Below are positions 51,851-64,000 of a DNA stretch of 64,000 nucleotides, piece by piece. Within the stretch, counting starts at the first letter, position 1, and each line of letters starts with the position of its first letter. The DNA is from Eledone cirrhosa (Eukaryota): assembly GCA_964016885.1 (NCBI GenBank), contig OZ024741.1:207328001-207392000 (forward strand), given 5' to 3'. The notes under the pieces were generated by a model. The model did no database searches. It saw only the letters and a list, made by a program, of their open reading frames with translations, and was not told the origin of the DNA. The translations under genes were made by a program, and so were the position numbers.

Positions 51851-52049
51851 ATGGACTGGCAGAATGGTAGATGCTTAGTAGCATAGAGTTATGGCCCTTT
51901 ATGTTCTGAGTTCAAATCCCGCCGACGTTAACTTTGCCTTTCATCCTTACGAGGTCGATAAAATAAAGTACCAGTAACGCACTGGGGTAGATTTAATCGA
52001 CTTTCCCCTCCCCCCAAATTGCTGGCCTTGTGCCTATCTAAGAAATCAT
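51851..52049 (+). mobile_element. SINE (long-tail subtype)
   Basis: A/B boxes, core and tail. Confidence 0.85.
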
Positions 52050-52478
52050 TATGATTAATTTCTTCAGGTTTCACTTGAAGACGAAAATCAGGGTGAAAAA
52101 CAAAGTGCTGCCTCCAAAGCAATTTGTTGAAAGATGGGTGAGAGAGGCGAGCATGTCCCGAGTGAATGGGCCGGCCTGAATGTGTGTCTGCAGATTAAAG
52201 GAGGACATCTGGGGTGGGGCACTTACTCTGGCGGTCAGCGTGACTGTGTCTTTCCCCATGAGTAACCCCCAGAAGTCTTCCGCTATTGGAGAATTTTCTT
52301 TTTGTATATGTATATATACTTTTTTTTTTTTTTGTTATTCCTTTCTTTCATTTATACGCATCGTTACACGCAGAAACCGACATTATACCGTCTTCTGCTA
52401 TTCTTAATGTGTTCTTTCTCTTCTTTTTTTTTGTAAACCCTTTGTGATCAATAAAGAAAACATTATCATTATTATGAA

Positions 52479-52687
52479 ATGGCAGTATCGGTAGAGCGTC
52501 GGACAATATGCTTTGTAGCATATAGTTACGGCCCTTTACATTCTGAGTTCAAATCCCGCCGAGGTTAGCTTTGCCTTTCATCCTTACGGAGATTGATAAA
52601 ATAAAGTACCAGTAATGCACTGGGGTCGATTTAATCGACTTGCCTCTTCCTTTCAAATTGCTGGCCATGTGCCTAAAGTAGAAACAA
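52479..52687 (+). mobile_element. SINE (long-tail subtype)
   Basis: A/B boxes, core and tail. Confidence 0.85.
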
Positions 52688-52837
52688 CTACAACTACTAC
52701 TACTACTACTACTACTACTTACTATTTCCTGTATTATTTCGTGGTATTACTTCATATACTGTTATTAGTACAGATTAAAAGTTTAAGAAAAGAATTTCTG
52801 ATTTCACCCTTATCGAGCCCTCTTTCGTCCTTGCATT

Positions 52838-52889
<52 letters not shown>

Positions 52890-52895
52890 TATATA

Positions 52896-53802
52896 ATATA
52901 ACTGGTAAAAGGATGATTAACACGGATAAGCGATATAAAAGGCTTTTATTCCAAGCTTTAACATATGTTTCGTCGTTTAATAAGCAATTAATTAAAATCG
53001 CAATAGACGTGATCCGATCCACCATTCTCACAGCTTATATATAAATATTCTACATCTCCCAGACTTCTAATGCTTGAAACTGTGGCGCCATGAATAACAT
53101 TAACTAGCCTTATCACACACACGTAGTCTTCTTATCTATCTATAACTGTTTTCAACAGAACCATAAAAAAACCACTTGTTTGACAACATCAAAAGATGAA
53201 CATACTTTGCCAGGACTGGTCGAAATGAACTAGAACACTCAACCAATCAGCTATCTATCACTGTTTCAACAGTACCATAAATAAAACACTTGTTTGACAA
53301 CATCAAAGGACGAACATAGTATGCCAGGACTGGCTGAAATGAACTAGAACACTTAACCAATCAGCTGTTAGTGAAACTGACCGCTTCTAGCCGCACCCAT
53401 CTAAAACTTGCTAACATGCTCCGTATTTTTTTTTTTTTCTTTAAGCTTCTCTATCCTTCTTTGTTTTTTCCCAAGTGTTATTCTAATCTTTTATTATCCC
53501 TATTTCCCACCCACTCAAGTATATAATTTTCTCTCAGTTTATTTTATTTTATATTTTGATGTTTATGTTATTTGGTATAAAACCGTTCTGAGGCTAAACC
53601 ATGACCAATATTTTGATAATTTACCTAGTGACTGCATTGTTTTGTGTATTTAAAATCGAATTTCGCAATAACCAATCAACTACTGAGATAGCGATTTCAA
53701 GACATAATTAATTGCTTATTAAGTGATGAAACATATGTTAATGCTTAGAATAAAACCCTATTATATCGCTTATCTGTGTTAATCATCCTTTTACCTGTTA
53801 TT
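52896..53802. repeat. Element with diverged terminal inverted arms of about 95 bp and an internal direct repeat of about 120 bp (53133-53365)
   Basis: ggtaaaaggatgattaacac...ttaataagcaattaatta versus taattaattgcttattaa...gtgttaatcatccttttacc. Confidence 0.7.
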
Positions 53803-54250
53803 AATACTCCAAGAACTACTAATCACGCAACTATCAGGAAGCTATCCTTCGAAAAATCTAACTAAATAAGCATCTTGTTGAGTCAACACGCACCGCGTGC
53901 TGAAATATTCCTCGGTACAGATTACCCGTAACCTGAACCTAGTTAACCTTAAACAATATCTAGTATACTTTGATATATATATATATATATATATAAAGTA
54001 GTGACTACGGCACTTACTTGGTCTCGGCAAAAGCAAAGGGAAGCAATCGACGGCCGTTTCTCGCTCGTTAGTGGTTGTCAAGATTACATATCCCTTCGCT
54101 TTTGCCGAGAATTATAAAAGCTTTATAGAATTCCAGCAATGTTTAAGAGCTGATTAAACAGAGCGGTTGCCGGTCCAGCAAAATTTAGGAATTAGTATTG
54201 GTGCTCTGAAATAGCGATGTATGTATGAATGCACGTATGGCATATTTGAT

Positions 54251-54437
54251 AATTGTTTCTACTTTTGGCACAAGGCCATCAATTACCCAGTACATTACTG
54301 GTACTTTATTTTATCGACCCCGTAAGGATGAAAGGCAAAGTTAACCTCGGCGGGATTTGAACTCAGACCGTAAAGGGACGTAACTATGTTGGAAAGCATG
54401 GCGTCCGACTCTCTACCGATACTGCCAATCCACCGCC
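54251..54437 (-). mobile_element. SINE
   Basis: Full length with a 20-bp TSD cgtatggcatatttgataat. Confidence 0.92.
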
Positions 54438-54815
54438 GTATGGCATATTTGATAATATACTGTATGTTTATCTGCAAAATGTTTTTAAAAGAGGGAGAAA
54501 AGGTGGAATAGAAAATAGCACGGAAAATATATTTAAGGATCTATTTTTCTTTTTTTTTCTTCTTTGATTCGTGAAAGTAACATTATTGAAAAAATGAGAG
54601 GAACAATTCTTTTGAAAATAAAAAGGAGTTTTATAATGTATATGAAATATATAAAATATAACCAGTTTCGATGTATCAGTGTGAACCAGCTTATTAAATG
54701 TTGAATATTCCAATTAAAAAGAATTAATTTTTTTTTTTATTTAAAATTAAGTGTTGAAAGGTCTGTTCATCTTTCTTGTGAAGACTGGGTCTATAATAGA
54801 ACCTTATATTCCACA

Positions 54816-54876
<61 letters not shown>

Positions 54877-55749
54877 CAAATATAGTTAAGTCATGTGTTT
54901 ATTTTATTTATTTTGTGTGCTTGTATGTATAGCTAGCAGCAAAAATGCTGACAGGACAAGCGGTAAAGCGATCACACGATGAAATATAGAGATAGAAGAA
55001 AGTACCCGACAGAAGAAAAAGTGTGTTATAGAGGTAACGTGATAAAAGGGAAACGTAATGATAGTGATTGAATGACGGAGAGAGAAATAAGAATAGAGAA
55101 GTGTGGGGAGTTCATGTATGATATGAAACAGTGTAGGAGATGATGTTGTGAAATGAAAACCAAAGGTGGAGGTATAATTTGATTGAAATGTTTCTGAAAA
55201 CAAGGTGATCAACGGAAAATTCTACAAGCTGCATGATCTCAGCAGAGGGGGAAACCAAAAAGTTATGGCATGACATGTTCAGGAAAACTAGTCAGTTTCT
55301 TGCAGTCAGTGATAACTTTTAAAAACAAATTTCACAAACATCACAACTACCCCCACCCGACCCTCACCACCAACAAATTCCATAACCACCACAAAAAATA
55401 CTCATCACCATTACCATCTCCATCTCATATTATAAACATAACGTAACCATTTCCTATTGAACACTAGAGAACTCATTAATTTTGACATTTAACTATACGC
55501 TGCTCACAACCACTACCAACAAAACTAGCATGATCTCAACCAACATCATCTCTTCTCTATGAGAAAACTCATCACAAACATTATTTCCTCACACTACCAT
55601 CAAAAGCATCACTACTACGACAAATTCTTCTCAACCATTGGTGTAAAGTAGGTAAAACATCTGCGTTATGCAGATGTTTCTATGAACATGTATATATATA
55701 TATATATCTATATATATATATAGATATATATATTCTTTCATGTACAGAT

Positions 55750-55802
<53 letters not shown>

Positions 55803-55804
<2 letters not shown>

Positions 55805-55927
55805 GGAAAAGAGTCAGGACCCCGACGGCTGAGCTCCGGCCGTTTCGACAGCTGGATCCTAACTGAGTTCGGATCTAACTGTCGAAACAGCCAGAGCTCA
55901 GCCATCGGGGTCCTGATTCTTTTCCTA
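55803..55927. mobile_element. Hairpin MITE (about 125 bp) in TA context; partial relative at 26938-27000
   Basis: taggaaaagagtcaggaccccga...tcggggtcctgattcttttccta, an almost fully paired hairpin. Confidence 0.8.
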
Positions 55928-56019
55928 TTACCCACTCTACTACCCTAAGTATTGAGTACTCTGGTGCGTTATGGTCCACCTGGTATCTTACCACCCCTTC
56001 TTTGTTGTTATATATATAT

Positions 56020-56203
56020 AATTGTTTCTACTTTTGGCACAAGGCCAGCGTATCCCAGTGTATTACTGGTACTTTATTTTATCGACCCCGTAAGGATGAA
56101 AGGCAAAATTAACCTCGGCGGGATTTGAACTCAGAATGGCAAGGGACGTAACTCTATGCGTCAAAGCATGGCGTCCGACCCTCTACCGATACTGCCAATC
56201 CAC
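56020..56203 (-). mobile_element. SINE
   Basis: A/B boxes, core and tail. Confidence 0.9.
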
Positions 56204-56258
56204 TATATAATGATGTGCTCATTCTGGCCCTGAAACTACGGAAAAAGAAGTTGCCATC

Positions 56259-56332
56259 GGCCACTATCAGGAATCGAACACCATATCTCCTAGATACCGT
56301 CTAGGTGCTTTTAACCATTAAACCAAAGGACT
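56259..56332 (-). other. tRNA-like Pol III module inside a degenerate tandem repeat of about 307 bp (about 56240-56720)
   Basis: A box TGGTTTAATGG, stem-loop CCTAG-acggtat-CTAGG, B box GTTCGATTCC, downstream TTCTTTTT. The acceptor stem is poor. Confidence 0.55.
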
Positions 56333-56884
56333 AGGACAACGTTTACTATCTTAAATAAGATAGATAGCTGAATCACACCTTTCAGATGTCAACAGATATC
56401 CGTATGTAAATATCGTGTATACGTAGCCGATCTCTCGAATTCTTACAAAATGCTGAGAAGATAAAGTTAATATAAAGAATGGTATACTCATGCACGAAAG
56501 TGCTATAAAATAACTTATAAAATAGGGCGAAGACCCTTAAAAGAAGGGAAAAGAAGTTGTCATTGGCCGTTATGAGGAATCGAAACCCATATCTTCCGGA
56601 CCGTGACAATTTTTTACGTCATAAATTACATAAATATGGATTGTAACAATTCTTAACATCTTAAATTACATAGATAGCTGTCTCACAGCATTCAGATGTC
56701 AACAGACATCCGTGTGTAAAGAAATAAATATCCTTATCTTCTCATCACTTTGTAAAATTCGGAGAGATCGCTCATCGACTCATCACCTCCATGCACTATC
56801 TTGAGTAATGGTCATAATTGGACCTTGAAACCTTAGGTAGCGCTTTTTCTTCCGTGTATGAACAAACATAAATAATATAACATA

Positions 56885-57833
56885 CTAGCAGTGGTACCCG
56901 GCGTTGCACAGGATAAGTTATTTTGGAACGCGGGCCGCCAACAGACCTAATCGTGGAAAAACTGCATGCCTGGACAATATGTAAAGAAAATAAACCGAAT
57001 ACTCTGATGGCTGGATAATCTTTAAGATTTTCCTCGATGAAGCAGGAAAAATGCAGGTTTTCACCTAATGCGAGCCCTGGGGGATCAAGAAAAGGAATTT
57101 TTTTAATGTACATAATATGCCTTGAAATTTCGGGAAAATCGGCTAGACATAACGCCTCCAAAAATCCCTAAGAAGCTGAAAAAATGAAGTTTTTCACCTA
57201 ATACGGGCCATAAGAAAGTTGGATTTTCTTTGCTTATGGTATGAAGAAGAGACTGACTAATACATAGTTACAATTTCAAGGAAATCGGCCTGACGTAATG
57301 CCTCAAAAAACCCCTAGAAACCTGAAAAAAGGCAGTTTTTCACCTAAGAGATGAAAAAAAGTTGAATTTTTTTATTTGCATAACACTCCCTGAAACATAA
57401 GTAACACACATGTAAAGTCTGAAAAAAATCGGTCGGGTACTTCTCGAGTTTTAGGGATTCAAACTCACAGACACACACAGACAGACATCCTCAGGAGAGT
57501 GACGTAATGCAGACAGTCAGACATATAGACAGATATTATAAGGGCGCGACGTTATATGTATGTATCTATCTAAAAAGAGAAAGACTAAGAAAGACTAAGA
57601 ATTATAGAGAGAGATCGTTAAATCACCTAATGCGTTAAATCCCTAGGATTAAAATCTTAATGCGTTAAATCCCTAGGGCATTGAAAATTTGAAAGTTTTT
57701 TGCTTAGAACACTCCCTGAAACATAAGTATTACATGTGTAAAGTTTGAAAACAGTCGGTTTGGTGGTTCTCGAGTTTTAGGGATTCGAACTCACACACAC
57801 ACAGACAGACATCCTTAGTTTTATATATATAGT
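56885..57833 (-). mobile_element. Non-autonomous Helitron (second family)
   Basis: Minus 3' end cctgtgcaacgccgggtaccactgCTAG|T resembles 13684-13711. 5' end ctatatatataaaac. Internal ttttcacctaa subrepeats. Confidence 0.65.
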
Positions 57834-58037
57834 TTAGCTCCCATACCAGATTGAGCACTGTTTTCCTTTTCACATCCACCGAATTTTTGCCACACACACA
57901 TACACACACACACACACATACACACACACATATATATGGGAAGCCTCGCTGTCAAATAATTCTTTTTTTGTAACGAAACGACATTTCTCTCTATTTTTAC
58001 TCTGAATATATGACCAAATTGTCAGTATGTTCTGAGA

Positions 58038-58086
58038 ATGTGAGACAGCGCTGTTTCAAGATTTGTTAATCTTTCATCAGTGACAC
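58038..58086 (-). ncRNA. Type I hammerhead ribozyme
   Basis: GTGTCA-CTGATGA-AAGATT-aaca-AATCTT-GAAA-CAGCGCTG(palindrome)-TC-TCACAT. One stem I mismatch. Confidence 0.75.
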
Positions 58087-58676
58087 TCATTCAAAACTTA
58101 CTGGCATGAAATAGACTATACTGTATATAGAATGTTGCGTGATGATCACCGGTTGGGGATGCTCATTTGTATATAGCAAATAGAAAACATTGAGCCCATT
58201 ATGACTTGAATTTTTCCATTTAATGGAAAGTTCTATACAAATCCAGGCCATGCAGAAATTGAACCCTACCAGTAAGCTGTGATTTGATGGAAGAGTTAAT
58301 ATCTTGCAGAGGTTACGTAATAGTTCTTGCCTTAACATAATAGCCGATTTTTAAACCGCTACGAAGTATCTGATACATAACTGGAGAGGATCCAGGATAA
58401 CTAACATTTTAACCCGAAATGAACTAACGCAAAGGAAAATTGTGTCCCCTACAACAGTCTAGCTTCAGTTGTCTCCCTTGTCACCAAACTACCGACATCT
58501 ACCGTGCATAATCCGGCCAGCTCATATATACTTCCGTTCTCATTGCAGCCATACACGGATTGAAGACCCGTCCGGTGAAACGCGCATTCTCGAGTATGGT
58601 TTGCTAGTTAGTTGCGGAACTAACTATATCTGGTCCCAGTGTTAAATTATATTAGATATGAAATATGTAGCTTAAT

Positions 58677-58857
58677 AATTGTTTCTACTTTTGGCACAAG
58701 GCCAGCAAATACACAGTGTATTACTGGTACTTTATTTTATCGACCTCGTAAGGATGAAAGGCAAAGTTAACCTCGGCGGGATTTGAACTCAGAATGGCAA
58801 GGGCCGTAACTCTATGCGTCAAAGCATGGTGTCCGACCCTCTGCCAATCCACCGCCC
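58677..58857 (-). mobile_element. SINE
   Basis: TSD cttaataat. Confidence 0.9.
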
Positions 58858-59209
58858 TTAATAATCATTAAAAGGAAACTATATATCAAAATAAGTAAAT
58901 ACAGAAGTAACTATAACCTTTCATTAAATTAATGAAATAAAACTTTTGAGAGTAAATATAACTGCAGTTTAATCCTAGGAATTAAATGAAAATTAAAGAA
59001 TAGTGCAGATTTTATAAAGAGAATATCCTAATTAAATTAAATAATTTGGGTAATAAATGATTTAAATATATTATATGTATTGATGGTGATATATGCATGG
59101 TATTATATTTTAATACATATTTAATAATTATTTAAATACGCTTTAAAGATTAATTCTTTTAAAGTTGTAACAAAATATTTATAGAATATCTTACTTTAAA
59201 ATTAAAAAT

Positions 59210-59381
59210 AATTGTTTCTACACAAGGCCAGCAAATACCCAGTGCATTACTGGTACTTTATTTTATCGACCCCGTAAGGATGAAAGGCGAAGTCAACCTC
59301 GGCGGGATTTGAACTCAGATCTTAAAGGGACGTAACTATGCTGGAAAGCATGGCGTCCGACCCTCTACCGATACTGCCAAA
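59210..59381 (-). mobile_element. SINE
   Basis: A/B boxes, core and tail. Confidence 0.9.
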
Positions 59382-59421
59382 TAATCTATAATGAGTTAAA
59401 TTAAATTATATAAATTCTTAA

Positions 59422-59610
59422 GGGCGATGGATTGGCAGTATCGGTAGAGGGTCGAACGCCATGCTTTGAAGCACAGTTACGTCCCTTTACGGACTGAGTT
59501 CAAAACCCGCCGAGGTTAACTTTGCCTTTCATCCTTAAGGGGTCGATAAAATAAAGTACCAGTAATACACTGGGATAATTGCTGGCCTTGTGCCAAAAGT
59601 AGAAACAATT
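59422..59610 (+). mobile_element. SINE
   Basis: Full length with a 23-bp TSD aattaaattatataaattcttaa. Confidence 0.92.
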
Positions 59611-60149
59611 AAATTATATAAATTCTTAATTAAACTAAATATGTGATTGCTATAGAAAGTAATCTATACTGATTAATTTTGATATAATATATAAGTATAA
59701 TTAGCTAAAGCATAATCAAATACAAGAGATATTCAATTGTTTATTTGAATTGTTTAGATGTCCTATTTGATCTAACATTTGAAAACAACGGTTTTTTTCT
59801 CTATCCCCCTCTATTTGATGTTCCCTTAATTTTCTTTATTTTTCTTTACCCCCTTCGTTCCCTTTACTTTCCCCACACCTTCCCTCTCTTTTGTCGTTAT
59901 TCCTCTTTTCTTTTTTACATATTTCTTTTATTCATTCATCCATTTATTTATTCTTTATTCATTTATCTATTTATGTACGTATTTATTTATTTTTCTTGCC
60001 TTTTCTCTTCTTTACACCCTCTCTTATATCTCTTTAAGTTTATCATATTATTTGTGGTATATAAACGTTGAGATTTGATGAAATAAATCACAGCCAATAC
60101 TGGAATTGAATAATCAAGACCGTAGCGGTATGTCATATATCAAATCATA

Positions 60150-60215
60150 TATTTTGTCTGATGAGAACGTACTGAAAAAACAACACAGTACCTTTGAAAT
60201 ATATATAATAAAGTA
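60150..60215 (+). ncRNA. Type I hammerhead (related to 11751)
   Basis: TATTTTGT-CTGATGA-GAAC-GTACTG...CAGTAC-CTTT-GAAA-TATATA-TA-ATAAAGTA. Confidence 0.7.
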
Positions 60216-60244
60216 TATCTAAAGATATACAATATGTTTAATAA

Positions 60245-60293
60245 ATAATTGTCCTGACGAGACCATTTAAGTTCGAAATGCATAGAAAATTAT
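60245..60293 (+). ncRNA. Minimal type I hammerhead
   Basis: ATAATTGTC-CTGACGA-GACC-atttaa-GTTC-GAAA-TGCA-TA-GAAAATTAT. Palindromic ATGCAT stem III. Confidence 0.7.
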
Positions 60294-60545
60294 CCCCTTG
60301 CTTCTGCTAAATTCCACTAGACGGCGTTGACTGTCGGCCTTCTATTTGTAACGAATAGATGGAATTGTTGGTGTGATGGTTTCAATGCAAAGAATAATAC
60401 CAGGATTATTTTGTTACAATGTTTATTTTATTATAACAATATTCAATTTGAACATTGAATGATAAAATCTATAACATGAAATATTCGTACAATCAGTTGG
60501 TGGCTCTTCGAGCCACGTAAATACAAGTATCACAGAATACGATAT

Positions 60546-60642
60546 AATTGTTTCTACTTTTGACACAAGGCCAGCAATTACCCAGTGTATTACTGGTACT
60601 TTATTTTATCGACCCCGTAAGGATGAAAGGCAAAGTTAACCT
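60546..60642 (-). mobile_element. 5'-truncated SINE
   Basis: 15-bp TSD agaatacgatataat. Confidence 0.9.
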
Positions 60643-61244
60643 AGAATACGATATAATATAATTTGTATTGTATCTGAAAGATACAATATGACAGACAGAA
60701 ATGGTGCGTGTAAAAATGCAAGCAGCGTGAACTTACTATGTGTGCGTGTGTGCCTATTAGTATACTTTCTTGTCTTAGCAGTAGCAATATTCAATCAGCC
60801 AGGCGGGAATGGCATGTGAGAAATTAGTGGACAGACTGGTTTTTCGTGAAGGGAGTTTAGCAGCGTAAGTGAATACCTCCTCTCTTATCTGTAGTACCAC
60901 TTTTTCTGCTGGGCATAAACAAATCCTTGTATTTATAACTTCGTTGAAGTTAGAAGGATGGATATATCATCTGATCTGTGGTTAGCATCTCCCAAGGGGT
61001 TGGTCTGCCGGGCGTAAACCAACCCTTGTATTTATAACGGTTGAAATTAGAAGGATGGATATATCATCTGACCTCTTTTCTGCCGGGTGTAAACAACCGT
61101 CATCTGACCTGTGATTAGTATCGCCCAAAGGGTTGGTCTGCCGGGCGTAAACAACCAACCACGGCTTGTCCCAGAGGCGGGAAAGCGGCATCCTCCTGCA
61201 TTGAACCACCTAGGTGTTTCAATGCAGGAGGATGCAGAACAATA

Positions 61245-61583
61245 ATATGAAGGACGTAAAATAAGAAAATTTTAAAAAAAGATTTAAAAAATTAACTTAG
61301 TTACTAAAATGTTCACTCCAACTAATTAGTTTCTGCATGGAATCCAGTCCCCGCTAGCTGTTCTATCTAAGGAATTATTATTATTTTTATACGAGTCCCC
61401 AGTGTCCGCGCATTGCCTGGAGACTTAGCTGAGAATAGACTCCCTGATGACGCAATGAATTCTCGACGGTTATATTACGTAACTGTCTTTATCCCATTGC
61501 AGAAACTAATTAGTTGGAGTGAAAATTTTAGTAAGTAAGTTAATTTTTTAAATCTTTTTTTTTTATTTTCTTATTTTACGTCC

Positions 61584-61590
<7 letters not shown>
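61245..61590 (+). mobile_element. Hammerhead-bearing element with an inverted copy of its own 3' end (61245-61337), ending in (TA)n; same family as 50631-50883
   Basis: atgaaggacgtaaaataag...ctaattagtttctgca is mirrored at 61498-61589. Confidence 0.82.
61439..61520 (+). ncRNA. Type I hammerhead with extended stem II
   Basis: ACTCC-CTGATGA-C-GCAATG..GACGGTTA-tattacg-TAACTGTC..CATTGC-A-GAAA-CTAATTAG(palindrome)-TT-GGAGT. Confidence 0.82.
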
Positions 61591-61632
<42 letters not shown>

Positions 61633-61636
<4 letters not shown>

Positions 61637-61945
61637 CGTTTCTGAATTTGTTTAGCAAGATTCTTTATCTGAAATCGTGTGTTGAAACCGATATTGTTAT
61701 ACTTTGGGAGGGTCATGTTGCCAATAAGAAACACACGCACCAGTTGCTTTCACTTCAATTTATTATAATAATTTTTTTAATTTAGGAATTTATAAATTTC
61801 TGGTTGGTTGGTTGGTTCCACAACCAGATAGTTGTTTATATATTGTCAAAGTTCTTTCGTCACACATTCTGTGACCTCTTCAGTGACTGGGGATTCTTTT
61901 CTTTGTTTTTGTGCCTCTCCTTTGTTCTGTCCTACGCCATTTTGT
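61633..61945 (-). mobile_element. Solo PLE family A pLTR with hammerhead (61845-61887)
   Basis: Reverse complement of 22320-22625; TA tracts on both sides. Confidence 0.85.
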
Positions 61946-61954
61946 TTCTCTATC

Positions 61955-62020
<66 letters not shown>

Positions 62021-62059
62021 GATGTTAACAAATGAAAACTATATTTATAAAACCATATT

Positions 62060-62124
62060 TATTTCATTATACATATTTCAAGGACACCAAGTTAAATTAT
62101 GGTGTGCTTTCATCAGATAAAATA
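62060..62124 (-). ncRNA. Type I hammerhead (family of 5388)
   Basis: TATTTTAT-CTGATGA-AAG.ACACCA...TGGTGT.CTT-GAAA-TATGTA-TA-ATGAAATA. Stem II differs from 5388 but stays paired. Confidence 0.78.
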
Positions 62125-62930
62125 TAATATAGATCAGTTTTATAAATAATTATTGACATACACTTAAAGAATGCAACCATTACTGTTGGAAGCTCCCGGA
62201 TAGTGGAGTTATAGCTTTAATTATATTATTAGGTAAGTTAGTATTGGATATTTTTTAAATAAGCCGTTGGGTTACGGAGAAAGAGAAAGAGAGAGAAAGA
62301 GCAGAACAACAGAGAGAGAAAGATAGAGAGAGAGGGGAGACAGAGAAAGGAGAGAGAACGAAAAACTCTAAGTCATATCTTGTTGAGTTATCTTAACAAT
62401 TGAGATGAAATGAATAAATAAAATTAGAAATGTTAATAATCATGAATGGAATATACATATATAATATGAGAAATTTAACCATTGTTTAAATATGATTAGA
62501 TGTTTATTTAATCAGTTAAATATTGAGATCAATAGATTAAAAATTGGGATCTATATATTAAGAAATCTATATATTATTATTAAGACTATATTGTTAAAGA
62601 TCTATATATTATATAACACGTATACACACGCAAAAATACATACATATAAATATATATACATACGTATAAAAATATATATACATATCTAACTACGTATATA
62701 ATATATACATACAAAATATAAAGGATTCTTTAATTTAAAATATAGGAGTCTTATAAAATCAGAGAAGGAAAATTACGTTATATAGTTATATCAATGTTAC
62801 AATTGTTAAGATATTAAAGGAAATTTTGTTATACATTTTATGTTATTAAACAATTTTTTTTAATATAAGTTTTATAAGATTACCTGTTATGTATTTATGG
62901 CTGTTATTATATGTCTATTTGTCACGAATC

Positions 62931-64000
62931 ATGGATATTGCTAACTATTACTCATCTATCACTCCTAATCTACTGAATAAAGCACTAACTTACGCATTTA
63001 AACATACAGACCTAACTAGCAATGAAATGCACATTATACTATCGGCACGGAAAACATTAATAGAATTTAATAACCAACTCTGGACTAGGGCAGATAGAAA
63101 TAATAACTTCGATATAACTATGGGATCATCCGATTCCGCTCAGGTAACGGATCGTGTGGGCCTTTTTATAAATAATTCTCTACATAGGAAAATACCTGAG
63201 ATAACCGGAGGTTGATATCGTGACGACATGCTTTTACTTATAGAAAATAATAACTGTGAACTAAATAGAAAAAGAAAACAAATTATACAATTTTTTAATT
63301 ACCTTAATCTAAAAGTAGAAATAGAGAATAACCATAAAATAGTTAACTTTCTAGATGTAACTAAATCTTAACACATGTCTTCATTATCCATTTCGCAAAC
63401 TAAATGAGAACTTAATCTACGTCAATTTTAACTCTAATCACCCCAGATCCGTTAAAAATACTATAGTGAACTCTGTACAGGAACGAATTTCAACTAATAA
63501 GAATATATTTGATGAAAAAGCACATTATTACAACGAAGCGTTAGGTAGAGCTGGGTATAGAAATAAAATTAAATACATTGATAATAATAATAATAATAAT
63601 ATAACAACTAACCATAATCGTAACAATTTTAACTATTTTAACAATTTTAACAACTATAATAGAAAACTTTACAATAATTCCGAAAGCGGAAAAAGAAATA
63701 GAACTAGGAACATATTATGGTTCGCTCCTCCTTTCTCATTAAATATTAAAACCCCTATTGCTAAACTATTTTTTAAAGCTCTTGACAAATGCTTCCCTAG
63801 AACACATAGATATTACTCAATTTTTAATAGACATACTATAAAATTAACTTATTCTTCCACCAAAAATTTAGCGCAAAATATTAATAGAATTAATAATAGA
63901 AATTTAAAACCTAACCAAAATACCACTAATAACCCAAGCAATATCCAATTTGATAAATGTAACTGTAGAAATAAATCTAACTGTCCGTTAAATAACAATT
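62931..64000 (+). pseudogene. YRDD-type Penelope-like RT/thumb/linker fragment running off the window
   Basis: MDIANYYSSI...GG*YRDDML...VNFLDVT...SNHP...ILWFAPPFS...KLTYS...CNCRNKSNCPL. Contains a stop and frameshifts. Confidence 0.88.

Noticed and set aside
56259-56332. Functional tRNA gene
   Set aside because: The acceptor and T stems pair poorly and the anticodon loop is non-canonical. Kept only as tRNA-like.
63213-63215. In-frame TGA just before YRDD as a selenocysteine codon (known in some Naiad PLEs)
   Set aside because: The paralogue near 6890 has TTA (Leu) at this position, not Cys, and the copy has other frameshifts, so this is a simple nonsense mutation.

Overview
AT-rich, repeat-saturated eukaryotic DNA with no recognisable host gene. 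The tRNA-derived CORE-type SINE resembles those described from octopods, so a cephalopod origin is inferred, not proven. The window is a mosaic of retroelements inserted into (TA)n and (TAA)n microsatellites: at least four families of Penelope-like elements (RT plus C-terminal GIY-YIG, mostly broken, often as outward-facing inverted pairs), a CRE-type RT/RLE LINE with an N-terminal PHD finger, four head-to-tail R4/Dong-type RT/RLE LINEs (31-47 kb, one nearly intact), non-autonomous Helitrons, MITEs or fold-backs, and about 16 SINE copies. The most striking non-coding signal is about 20 type I hammerhead ribozyme motifs, found by eye. At 47.46-50.57 kb three unrelated, ORF-less tandem repeats (462, 468 and 546 bp units) sit side by side, each carrying one hammerhead per unit. 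This is the architecture of non-LTR retrozymes, which are processed into monomeric, often circular RNAs. The 546-bp family has a rare U3-A8 compensated catalytic core. All ribozyme calls rest on manual base-pairing; no activity, expression or database novelty was tested.
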